NCBI GenBank assembly: GCA_022843845.1
Contig: JALHMW010000051.1
Coordinates: 1 to 13,563, forward strand
DNA: 13,563 nt
Source: Archangium sp.
Lineage (GTDB): Bacteria; Myxococcota; Myxococcia; Myxococcales; Myxococcaceae
Direction: 5' to 3'
In this document: in pieces, positions 5,561-13,083 of the stretch
Layout: each line of letters begins with the position of its first letter
Numbering within the stretch: position 1 is the first letter of the stretch
The notes under the pieces: generated by a model
What the model was told of the DNA's origin: nothing
The model's input: only the letters and a program-made list of their open reading frames with translations
Databases searched by the model: none
Program-made: the position numbers and the translations under genes

Positions 5561-6550
5561 GTGAAGAAAAGTCACGTAACGGACGCCACCGAACTTTCGA
5601 TGCTGCGAGCGATCGCCGAACGTCCTGACGACGATGCGGCTGTAGAGGTCTACGGCGATTTCTTGTCGGAACGGGATGACCCGCGTGGGGAGTTCATCGC
5701 GCTCTCGCTGGCCGAGGCGCGCGGCAAGAAGGTGAAGGGGAAGCTGAGAGCCTTCGCTCTCAAGAACCGAACGGCAATTCTGGGAGCCCTCGGAGATGCC
5801 ATCTGGCGCCTGCCGGGCTTCCGGCGCGGCCTGTTTGATGAGGTCTGTGCAGTCGGCGATCATCTGTCGCGACGTGAAGCGCTTGTCGCTGCGCTCGATT
5901 TGCGGTGGGCAACGGTTCGCAAGGTCAGGTTTCCGATCGAAGAAGACTCCTTTTCTGCGCTCGTGCTCAAGAGAGCCCCGCTGCTGGCGGTCGAGCGTCT
6001 GGAGCAGGCGCTCCCCGCTCATTTGACAGTCGCAGCCAAGCGCAGGTTTTCGTGGCGCATCACCGACATTCACCTCACTCGCGTCGAAGAGACGTTGACC
6101 GCGATCGAAGGGGACGCCTTCCCGCTTCTCCGTAACCTCGAGATCGGGGGGCTGAGAGAACAGTTGGACGACGCGCCCACGGAATGGGTTGCGTGGCCAT
6201 CAGGCCTTTCTCAGAAACTCTGGAACTGCCCGATGTTCAGGCAAGTACACGTGTTGAAGATTGGACCCATCGAGCACACCCTGATTGGTGAGTTCATCCA
6301 GCAGTGCACGAAGTTGGTCGAACTACGGGAATTCGAGTTGACCGTCCCTTCGCTCGTCCTGCATGGGCGCCGACTTGGCGCGCACTTCGAGTTGAGCGTT
6401 GAGGTCGCGCCAGATCTCCTCCCAGAAGTCGATATCGAGGGAGTGTTGGCTCAGCTCTCGAAGGTGCGGTTGGTGGGCGTCAGGGTCGAGGGGCCGGCGC
6501 GCGATCCACTGACGAATCGGGTTCGAGCCGCTCTCCGCGCCCTACGATGA
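5561..6550 (+). CDS. TIGR02996 (repeat-companion) N-terminal domain protein with leucine-rich-repeat-like C-terminal region
   Basis: GTG 5561 with AGAGG 4 nt upstream; an alternative ATG is at 5600. 'LRAIAERPDDDAAVEVYGDFLSERDDPRGEFIALS' matches the characteristic 'll.aI...PdDd..rLVYADWLeErGDPrgEFI' signature abundant in Myxococcota and Planctomycetes. The remainder is Leu-rich with periodic L..L.L patterns. It is the only plus-strand gene between the two minus-strand arrays. Confidence 0.8.
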   Translation: MKKSHVTDATELSMLRAIAERPDDDAAVEVYGDFLSERDDPRGEFIALSLAEARGKKVKGKLRAFALKNRTAILGALGDAIWRLPGFRRGLFDEVCAVGDHLSRREALVAALDLRWATVRKVRFPIEEDSFSALVLKRAPLLAVERLEQALPAHLTVAAKRRFSWRITDIHLTRVEETLTAIEGDAFPLLRNLEIGGLREQLDDAPTEWVAWPSGLSQKLWNCPMFRQVHVLKIGPIEHTLIGEFIQQCTKLVELREFELTVPSLVLHGRRLGAHFELSVEVAPDLLPEVDIEGVLAQLSKVRLVGVRVEGPARDPLTNRVRAALRALR

Positions 6551-6607
6551 ATCGGGCCTGCGGGGCTGCCTGAGCGTTTCGCTTTCGGGCCTCGTCCTCC
6601 AACAGCT

Positions 6608-7921
6608 TCAGTGAAGATCCGTGTTGGCGCTGAGGTCGCTGAGCCCCAGCTCCCAATGGTCGGGCACGATCGGTGGGAACGGCTCGACGAGGTCCACGAA
6701 GTGGGTGTGCGCGGGCTTCAGATACTCGACGATGGCGCGCAGGTGCTTCCGCTCGGTCGGCGTGAGGATGCGCGAGACGACGACGTTGAACGCGTACTTC
6801 GCGAAGCGGCCTGAGGGGCCGAGCACCCAGTCGACTCCGAGGAGTGACTCGCCCAGCAGGAGCGTGTCGGCGTTGAACGCGGTGATGGCGACGATATTGA
6901 TGCCGAGGAAGAAGCGCACCGCGTTCTTGATGCCCTGCACGGTTCCCTTCTGGCGGTACATCTCGACCAGCACGGCCGCGAGCCGCCGCTTGCCCCTCAC
7001 GTCGAGGTCGAACGGGAACGGGTTGCCCAGGTCCTGAAGGATGAGGTCGAGGAACGGCTCCGGCGCACGCTCGAGGTCGAAGATGTCGGGCCAGCGGTCG
7101 AGGTCGGCAAGGAGGAGGTCTGTCACTTCCTGCAGGCACGAGATGAAGCGCAGGAGGTCTCCGGTCGTGTCGTCGCGGCGGTTGTGCTTCGGGAGCATCT
7201 GCCAGAGGTCGAACCGTCGCGACGCCGGCCTCGCTGGTCTGAAGCCCTTGAAGCAGGCTTTGTCGAACGGCGGCAGCACCGCGTTCCCGGCGACGTCGGT
7301 CACACCAAGCACCTGCAGCTCGTGTTCGACGTCGGGAGACATCTCCACGTCGAGTGAGACGGTCAGGCGGTTCACTTCGCTGGCCAGGTGCACTGCGCTC
7401 ACCGGGACCGCTGGCGCGCCGATGGGCGTCACGAGCACAATCGCGCCGGAAGCCTCTACCGGCTCGTCGAATACGAGCCGGACCTGCTTCTGAGAGATCG
7501 CCTGCGCGCTCGCCAGTCGCGGCGCCACCCGGTCTTCCACCGTGAAGCTGTAGGTCTCATCGAGTGACTGCCCGCCAACAACGATGCGTGAGGCGACCCG
7601 GACCGTGACGCGCGCGAGGCTGACCAGGGGCGCGGGCGGCGTGACAACCACGCGGAGGCTGTCAGGCGACTGCGCGACCACCGCAGCGAACGGCGGCACC
7701 GGCGCACCATCGAACGCGAGCACCCCGTCCACCCAGATGCGTGTGGCGCTCGTGTCGATGCCGGCGGCGCCCGGGTCGACGAGCTCGAGCGTGAGCGGCG
7801 AATCGATGGGAACGCCCACCTCACCCGGAGACGGGTCTCGGTTGATGAGCAGCGGCCGCGCCACGCTCGTGATGAGCGTGACCGATTGCACCTGCACGCT
7901 TGTCAGTTCGATGGTCGCCAT
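6608..7921 (-). CDS. Phage tail protein I (P2 gpI / Mu gp48-like) with two N-terminal Ig-like (Big_5/SbsA-type) domains
   Basis: ATG 7921 lies 3 nt after the preceding stop. The C-terminal half '[66 protein letters not shown]...[30 protein letters not shown]' fits the Tail_P2_I pattern (LP..., d.d.aP..fL..LA..lG, kR.li...y..KGT..g). Res ~26-128 and ~131-222 carry 'P.pGe.gVp.dspl.l.f' and 'D..aP.l.sa.a.s...v.lvFdEPv...V.gv.DvAGN' Ig-like signatures. Confidence 0.8.
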   Translation of the reverse strand: MATIELTSVQVQSVTLITSVARPLLINRDPSPGEVGVPIDSPLTLELVDPGAAGIDTSATRIWVDGVLAFDGAPVPPFAAVVAQSPDSLRVVVTPPAPLVSLARVTVRVASRIVVGGQSLDETYSFTVEDRVAPRLASAQAISQKQVRLVFDEPVEASGAIVLVTPIGAPAVPVSAVHLASEVNRLTVSLDVEMSPDVEHELQVLGVTDVAGNAVLPPFDKACFKGFRPARPASRRFDLWQMLPKHNRRDDTTGDLLRFISCLQEVTDLLLADLDRWPDIFDLERAPEPFLDLILQDLGNPFPFDLDVRGKRRLAAVLVEMYRQKGTVQGIKNAVRFFLGINIVAITAFNADTLLLGESLLGVDWVLGPSGRFAKYAFNVVVSRILTPTERKHLRAIVEYLKPAHTHFVDLVEPFPPIVPDHWELGLSDLSANTDLH

Positions 7922-7924
7922 GGT

Positions 7925-8287
7925 TCAGACGAGCTCGAGGCGAACGCCGACCGTGTGCGGTCCAGCCAGCTTCGACACGTTCGCGGCGAGGTCCTCGAGA
8001 GAGCGCTTAGTCCCTGGGCGGAGGGTGACTCCCGCGGACTTCACGCCATCGACGACGATGGAGACCTCCCACGCGAATCCTGGCGGCATGAGTGTCGGTG
8101 TTCGCACCTTCATCGACGTGCGCACGAGCGTCACGCCGGTGAGGTCCACCACCTGCGTCACCTCGACGTGGTCACCGTGCGCGAGCTCGAAGGTCCGACC
8201 AGGCTCGTCATCACCAAGGACGAACACGCCCGGCCCGAGCCGCCCCTGGCCCTCGCCGAGACGACTGGTGAACGCGGTCAGCTCCAT
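7925..8287 (-). CDS. Hypothetical baseplate-operon protein (120 aa), predicted beta-rich
   Basis: ATG 8287 lies 3 nt after the upstream stop and the ORF ends 3 nt before the gpI-like start. It has good composition and no family I recognise. Confidence 0.7.
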   Translation of the reverse strand: MELTAFTSRLGEGQGRLGPGVFVLGDDEPGRTFELAHGDHVEVTQVVDLTGVTLVRTSMKVRTPTLMPPGFAWEVSIVVDGVKSAGVTLRPGTKRSLEDLAANVSKLAGPHTVGVRLELV

Positions 8288-8290
8288 GCC

Positions 8291-8986
8291 TCACACCTGA
8301 CGGAAGAGTTCGAGGTGGTCGAAGTACGTGCGCCGCGTGACGTCCTTCACCGACATGCCGAAGCCGCCTCGCCCGGAGGTGAGCGGCTGACTCCCCGAGT
8401 TGATGCCGAGCTGGTCGTCGATGAACTGCACCATCCCCGCGACCGGCTGCCAGTTGGGAGCCGTCCCCAGCGGGTGCGCCGCCAGGTCGTTCGAGAGCAC
8501 CTTCAACACCACGTCGCCGTTCGTGTTCACGATGACGTCGAGGCGGAGGTGCACCCACGTCCCCTGCGCGAAGCTCGCCGCCGACTTGAGCAGCACGCCC
8601 GGTCCGTCGGCGTCTGGCAGTCCCACCGCGATGGCTCCCTTGCGGAGCACGACGCGATGCGGGTCGTCGTCCGAGAGCCCGAGCATGTACGCGCTGTCGT
8701 TCACCGAGTTCCCCTGGCAGCAGAGGAAGAGGAACGGAGAGAAGCCGGTCGGGCCTCCGCCGGCGCCGCGTTGGAGGCAGCCGCGAATCGAACCGCCCTT
8801 CGCCATCGGCGCGAAGCTGGCGAGGTTCGCGAACAGGCCGACCGCTCCCTGCACCGCCGCGAGCGAGTTGAAGCCGAACAGGAAGTTCCAGCCGCCAGGT
8901 GGCGTCGCGATGCCTGCCGTTACGCCGCGGTCCACGGCCGCGAGGTCGAGCCCGTTGTTGAGGTACGTCCAGTCCGTCTCGGCCAT
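8291..8986 (-). CDS. Hypothetical protein (231 aa) with predicted concanavalin-A/LamG-like jelly-roll
   Basis: ATG 8986 with GGGAGG 6 nt upstream. The pattern 'AYMLGLSDDDPHRVVLRKG ... GTWVHLRLDVIVNTNGDVVLKVL ... GRGGFGMSV..VTRRTYFDHLELF' resembles the LamG/DUF1080 lectin-like fold (Y.l.l....l.k; W.hlr.dv...g.v.l.v; G.vGf......yfDn.e.). Confidence 0.65.
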   Translation of the reverse strand: MAETDWTYLNNGLDLAAVDRGVTAGIATPPGGWNFLFGFNSLAAVQGAVGLFANLASFAPMAKGGSIRGCLQRGAGGGPTGFSPFLFLCCQGNSVNDSAYMLGLSDDDPHRVVLRKGAIAVGLPDADGPGVLLKSAASFAQGTWVHLRLDVIVNTNGDVVLKVLSNDLAAHPLGTAPNWQPVAGMVQFIDDQLGINSGSQPLTSGRGGFGMSVKDVTRRTYFDHLELFRQV

Positions 8987-8998
8987 GCGGGCCTCCCG

Positions 8999-9457
8999 TC
9001 AGAGCGTTGCGGCGCGCGGCCACGCACCGGAAAAGGTCTCAGTCGGTGCTGCGGAACTGCCCACGCCGCTCCAGTCGGCGACGAAGCCGGTCCGCGCGAA
9101 CGGTTCAGTGAGTCCTGGCGTCGACGAGACACGGCTCCAGTCGTCGAGCCACGACGAGGAACGCGTCCAAGTCTCGACGTCGCGCCCACCGAAGGAGCAC
9201 GCCACCACACGGCCCGTCGGCAGCGTGAAGAGGAACGGGCGCTCGAACTCCTCGAAGCCGTCTCGGCCGAAGAACGCGCGCACCACCGCGAGGCCTGCGA
9301 GCGAAGCCAGGAAGGAACTCCAACGTTCGAAGTCCTCCCGACCGACTCCGCCGAACGCCGCGATGGCTTCGAGGCGCGTCACCGCGGTGATGGTCCAGCG
9401 CGCCGCCTCTCCAGGAAGCGCGCCCGGGTCGGCGAAGGTCGGGTTGAGGAGCGCCAT
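8999..9457 (-). CDS. Hypothetical Trp/acidic-repeat protein (152 aa)
   Basis: Internal ATG 9457 of track ORF 8999..9862, whose upstream part is Arg-rich junk antisense-offset to J. The ATG overlaps the J stop as ATGA, and GGGAG lies 8 nt upstream. [23 protein letters not shown]... carries recurring [DE]-[DE]-F-E-R-[WP] / E-T-W / D-D-W / A-D-W motifs. Confidence 0.7.
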   Translation of the reverse strand: MALLNPTFADPGALPGEAARWTITAVTRLEAIAAFGGVGREDFERWSSFLASLAGLAVVRAFFGRDGFEEFERPFLFTLPTGRVVACSFGGRDVETWTRSSSWLDDWSRVSSTPGLTEPFARTGFVADWSGVGSSAAPTETFSGAWPRAATL

Positions 9458-10962
9458 CAGAGCAACTCCCCCGTGTCGCCGTTGCGAAGCGACACCGTGC
9501 CCAGCACCGGGAACTCGCGCACGTTGAGCTTCACGTCGGCCGGCAGCCCGTTGAGCGTGAGGTCGAGCCGCGCGTCGCCCATCTTCCGAACGCCCCACGT
9601 GTCGCGGATGACGTTGAAGACGTCGCTCCAGGCGACTTCGCCGACGGGGTTTCCCTCGGAGTCTTTGATGTTGAAGCCGAAGTCGACGTTCGGGTTGGGC
9701 GTGCCGTCGGGCTCCGTGACGCGGAACCACGCAGCGAGGTTGGCGCGAATCGCGTCGCGAACCACGTTCGGGCTCGCGCCCTGGCGAAGGAACACGCGCG
9801 CGGAGAGGTCGAGGCGCCGGTACACCGGGTCCTGCACCGCGACCTGGAACGTCAGCGTGCACGGGTACGCCTCGGTCACCTGCCGGAGCACCTGCGCCTT
9901 GAGCGCCGGCGTGGGGAGCCCTCCGCCGCGGGGGACGACGTAGAGGATGCCGGTGTTCTCTCCGATGGAGAGGTCTTCGTTCGAGGTGAGCATCAACGCG
10001 CGCGCGACTCCGGTGAGGCGGCGGGCGTTGATCTCGAAGTCCTCGCGGGCGACGGTTCGCGTGAGCGCGCGCAGGCTCTCGGGAGCGAGCAGCTTGGCCG
10101 AGGCGATGCTCTGTCGGTCGGCTCCACCTGAGGCCGAGCGCGGGTTGCGCACCGAGAGCTGAACGAGCCCGCCGTTCGCGTCGCGGAAGTTCCCCTCGAG
10201 CACCACGAGGCGCTGGGCGTCGACGTTGCCCGTGGAGCCGCCTCCAGTCTTGTACGTGACCGAGATGGTGCCAGTCGGTGGGAGGCCGCTCCCGCCGCTG
10301 CCGAACCGGAGCGTCGCGAGGTCGTTCTGGTCGACGGTCGCGACGAAGTGCCGGTCGTTCGGGCCGGAGTTGAGGAAGCTGTCGACCTCGGTGAACGGGC
10401 CTTGTGGCGTCGTGACGACCGCGGAGCCGTCGAGATACGGGCCGAAGTCCAACGGCAGCGAGAGGTCAGCGAGCCCCTGCGCGTCGAAGAGTTGGCGCTG
10501 CGTCTTCGAGTGTTCGCCGATGCCGTTCGCCTGCGTCACTCCCGCGGCGACAGTCACCGGAGCGAGTAGCTGGAAGCGAACCGGGTCGGTCACCTCCTGC
10601 GTGCGAATGATGGTCCCCGCGGGGATGGTGACCGGCGCCTGCGCGGGGCGTGCGAGTCGAAACTCGAGCTCGGCCGTCGCCGGTTGCGCGCCGCTCAGGC
10701 GGTACCCGAGCATCTTCGCCAGGGCCATGACGTTCTTGCGCTGCGTGGCCGTGACGAGCCGCGACTCCCGCGCGAGGTTGTCCTGGTAGAAGGTCAGCAC
10801 GTCGCCGACGAAGGCGAACATCTCGACGAGCAAGTTGCCGAAGCTCGCGACGTCGAAGTCGGTCCAGTCAGGGAAAACGCTCTTCAGCAGCGCGATGAGC
10901 CGCGCGCGCAGCGAGTCGAAGTCCTTGTCGGTGTAGTCGACCGATGGAGGGAGCGAGGCCAC
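9457..10962 (-). CDS. Baseplate J-like protein (P2 gpJ / Mu gp47 / T4 gp6 family), 501 aa
   Basis: GTG start at 10962. The N-terminus '[81 protein letters not shown]' is the classic Baseplate_J signature. Confidence 0.9.
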   Translation of the reverse strand: MASLPPSVDYTDKDFDSLRARLIALLKSVFPDWTDFDVASFGNLLVEMFAFVGDVLTFYQDNLARESRLVTATQRKNVMALAKMLGYRLSGAQPATAELEFRLARPAQAPVTIPAGTIIRTQEVTDPVRFQLLAPVTVAAGVTQANGIGEHSKTQRQLFDAQGLADLSLPLDFGPYLDGSAVVTTPQGPFTEVDSFLNSGPNDRHFVATVDQNDLATLRFGSGGSGLPPTGTISVTYKTGGGSTGNVDAQRLVVLEGNFRDANGGLVQLSVRNPRSASGGADRQSIASAKLLAPESLRALTRTVAREDFEINARRLTGVARALMLTSNEDLSIGENTGILYVVPRGGGLPTPALKAQVLRQVTEAYPCTLTFQVAVQDPVYRRLDLSARVFLRQGASPNVVRDAIRANLAAWFRVTEPDGTPNPNVDFGFNIKDSEGNPVGEVAWSDVFNVIRDTWGVRKMGDARLDLTLNGLPADVKLNVREFPVLGTVSLRNGDTGELL

Positions 10963-11014
10963 CCAGCCGCAAAGGCGTTCAGCATGCCGGGGCGGGACTA
11001 CTTGGTGCTCGGGC

Positions 11015-11917
11015 TCAGGAAGCCGAAGAACTGTCCTGGCGCGAAGCCCACGTCTCGTAGGCCAGTCTCATTTGTTCGGCTGCCTCGACGGGGTCAACTT
11101 GGCCGACGCCAGTGCAGAGCCCCGGGCAGAACAGGTGCTGAACGTTCTCTTCGCTCGCACGACGAAGGATCGCGGCCATCGCCCGGCGGGCGTTGATCGC
11201 AGGAACCGACTCCGGGTGCTCCATTGTTGGCGCGACAATCAAGCGGTGGACCCGGGGATGGTTCACCCGAACACTCAGTGAGGCTCCGACGGCGAGTCCA
11301 CCGGCGGACCACGACACACGTTTTCGAATCTCGGCCTCGATCGAAGCGCCAAAGACCCGGACATACGCGGCGTCGATCCCGCCATCCATGAAGCCCGCCG
11401 AGTTCGCAGGCGAGACGACGGTGTCGTGCGCTTCGACCAGCAGGTCGGCACACTTCACTTCGACCTCGGGAAAGCCCGCAAATGATGTGTGGAGCGCGTT
11501 GGCGACGTCCTCGTCATGGTCGATCAAGTGCAGTTGGAGCCGACGAGGTCGCGCGCTGGGCGCGAAGGCACTCACGAGAGCATTGATGAATTGCGCAGCG
11601 GGAGCGCGCGCGTCGTGCGCGTAGAAGCGCACGACGAGTTCGACAGCTTCGTCGGTTGCCCCACGATCCAACAGGTCAGGCAGTTGGTCTCTGAGTGGTG
11701 TTGGATTCGCTGCCACCAGTTCGACGAACCCCTTCGCGGTCGCGAGATCGGCTCCGGTCACGCCTCTGAAGGCGCTGATCGAGGGAATGGGGAGGTTATT
11801 CGCAACTACCTTGAAGAGCCACGCGCGCAGTCCTTCGTCGTGGCACCGCGTCGGCGTCCAGTCGGCCAATGCCGCGAACACCTCGAGCGGAGTCATCGCT
11901 GCTGTGATGTGTCGCAC
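11015..11917 (-). CDS. Macro-domain (ADP-ribose binding / ADP-ribosylhydrolase-like) protein with unknown ~125-aa helical N-terminal domain
   Basis: GTG 11917, or ATG 11896; neither has a good SD. The C-terminal ~170 aa carry '[27 protein letters not shown]' and '[27 protein letters not shown]', which correspond to the two conserved ADP-ribose-binding loops of macro domains. It is on the same strand as, and between, the gp25-like and J genes, with gaps of 37 and 52 nt. Confidence 0.75.
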   Translation of the reverse strand: MRHITAAMTPLEVFAALADWTPTRCHDEGLRAWLFKVVANNLPIPSISAFRGVTGADLATAKGFVELVAANPTPLRDQLPDLLDRGATDEAVELVVRFYAHDARAPAAQFINALVSAFAPSARPRRLQLHLIDHDEDVANALHTSFAGFPEVEVKCADLLVEAHDTVVSPANSAGFMDGGIDAAYVRVFGASIEAEIRKRVSWSAGGLAVGASLSVRVNHPRVHRLIVAPTMEHPESVPAINARRAMAAILRRASEENVQHLFCPGLCTGVGQVDPVEAAEQMRLAYETWASRQDSSSAS

Positions 11918-11954
11918 CAGACTGAGGTTACTCCAGCCAAACGCCAGGTCGGAG

Positions 11955-12335
11955 TCACTGCTCCAGGTTCATCGGAACGTCGACTTCCACAAGAGACGAT
12001 TCGCCGAGAACCTCGACATGGATTCGAATGAGGTCGTGCGCCGATGCAGCCGCGATCTTCCCGATGCTGATCTCAGGCAGCCAGCGGCTGAGTGCGTCGC
12101 GGACCCGGACTCGAATGAGTTCGGCGAGCACAGCGTCGTTCGAACGGTGTCGCAGAAGGCCAAGGCCCGCGCCGAAGTTCGTTCGCCACGCGAGTTCTCC
12201 TGATGACTTTGGCGTCGCGCCATCAGTGAGCAGCACCTGGCGCACTTTCGAAGCGAGCAGCGTCTTCCCCTCGCCAGTCGCGAGGTCGCGCTTGCGGTCA
12301 CGCCGAAACGGGATGAGCAGGTTGCGCGCGACCAT
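11955..12335 (-). CDS. gp25 / GPW-like baseplate wedge protein (126 aa)
   Basis: ATG 12335 overlaps the upstream stop as ATGA. 'IPFRRDRKRDLATGEGKTLLASKVRQVLLTDGATPKSSGELAWRTNFGAGLGLLRH..ND..LAELIRVRVRDALSRWLPEISIGKI' fits the GPW_gp25 pattern (PF..d..gD.a...G.e.i.q.I...L.T..GE...rp.fGs.l..l....n......l...v..AL..wEPri.v). Confidence 0.85.
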   Translation of the reverse strand: MVARNLLIPFRRDRKRDLATGEGKTLLASKVRQVLLTDGATPKSSGELAWRTNFGAGLGLLRHRSNDAVLAELIRVRVRDALSRWLPEISIGKIAAASAHDLIRIHVEVLGESSLVEVDVPMNLEQ

Positions 12336-12958
12336 CAGGGCACCGGGATTGAGCTGCGCAGTTGCTGCAGCGTCTCCACGAGGTCATCGAGCGGCTTCAC
12401 CGCCTCGTCGAGGGGCTTGCCAGACAGCGACGACAGGTCGGGCACCTTCGGACCGCCGATCATCGACGTGAAGATGCTGAGGATGCCGAGCAGCGTCCCC
12501 ACGGCGCCGAGGCCTTTGCTGAGGTTGGCGGCCTCCTGCTCGATGTTGGCGCGCGCGCAGGCGGCGACCGCAGCGAGGCCAGGGTCGTTCAGCTCCGCGG
12601 CGCGCTGCGTGAGCAAGGCGAGGCGCTGGGCCGAGCGCGCCAGGAACACCAGCTGGTCGCGGAGCCTCCCGAGTGTGTCGAGGATGAGGTCGACCACTCC
12701 GAGGATCGTGTACGGCAACGACAGCTGGGGCACGAGGCGGAGCAGCTTCGAGACCTTCTTCGTCATCTCGACGATGGCGCTCACAAGCTTCGTCGGGTCT
12801 GGAGGCGGGCCGAGCGACTCGGGGATCGCCTTCACCGTGTTGAACACGGCGATGACGGCATCGAGGATGTTGAACACCGGCATGAGGGGCGTGAGCGCCG
12901 GCTGGATGACCTTGATGAGGTCCTGCTGCTGCATGGTGATGCCGCCTGGGAGCGTCAT
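12335..12958 (-). CDS. Helical protein with two hydrophobic/glycine-zipper-like segments (tape-measure-like), first gene of baseplate array
   Basis: The track ORF extends to TTG 13015. In-frame ATGs are at 12958 and 12934 and a GTG is at 13006; none has a clear SD, so the start is uncertain. Hydrophobic stretches are 'VIQPALTPLMPVFNILDAVIAVFNTVKAI' and 'GLGAVGTLLGILSIFTSMIGG', separated by Ala/Leu/Arg-rich helical sequence. I recognise no gpV/spike or hub motifs. Confidence 0.6.
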   Translation of the reverse strand: MTLPGGITMQQQDLIKVIQPALTPLMPVFNILDAVIAVFNTVKAIPESLGPPPDPTKLVSAIVEMTKKVSKLLRLVPQLSLPYTILGVVDLILDTLGRLRDQLVFLARSAQRLALLTQRAAELNDPGLAAVAACARANIEQEAANLSKGLGAVGTLLGILSIFTSMIGGPKVPDLSSLSGKPLDEAVKPLDDLVETLQQLRSSIPVP

Positions 12959-13015
12959 CGTCAGCGGCTCAGGAACTGCCGGAAGGCGAATGAGGGGCGG
13001 AAGCACGAAGTGCAA

Positions 13016-13083
13016 CGACTTCGAGGGGAGCGCTGAGGGACAGGCTGTTCTTTCGCGTCAGTCGATCGGCGAGAATCCCGCCC
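13016..13083. promoter_or_regulatory. Divergent intergenic region presumed to hold the promoter of the baseplate array and of the EF-Tu-domain-II-like gene
   Basis: It is the only non-coding gap upstream of the eight-gene minus-strand array, and the genes on each side diverge. I identified no explicit promoter motifs. Confidence 0.25.

Noticed and set aside
6551-6607. Bidirectional terminator between the convergent TIGR02996 and gpI-like genes.
   Set aside because: Only a 4-bp AGCG-TTT-CGCT hairpin and a GGGCC direct repeat are present. There is no convincing GC-rich stem followed by a T-tract.
7886-9943. Very long plus-strand ORF (685 aa). Similar long ORFs are at 1202..2368 +, 2381..3346 +, 4262..5470 +, 8400..9527 +, 12362..13036 + and 189..974 +.
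   Set aside because: All are antisense or frame-shifted shadows of well-supported minus-strand genes. Their translations are extremely Arg/Ala/Gly/Pro-rich with no recognisable motifs, as expected for stop-poor off-frames in GC-rich DNA.
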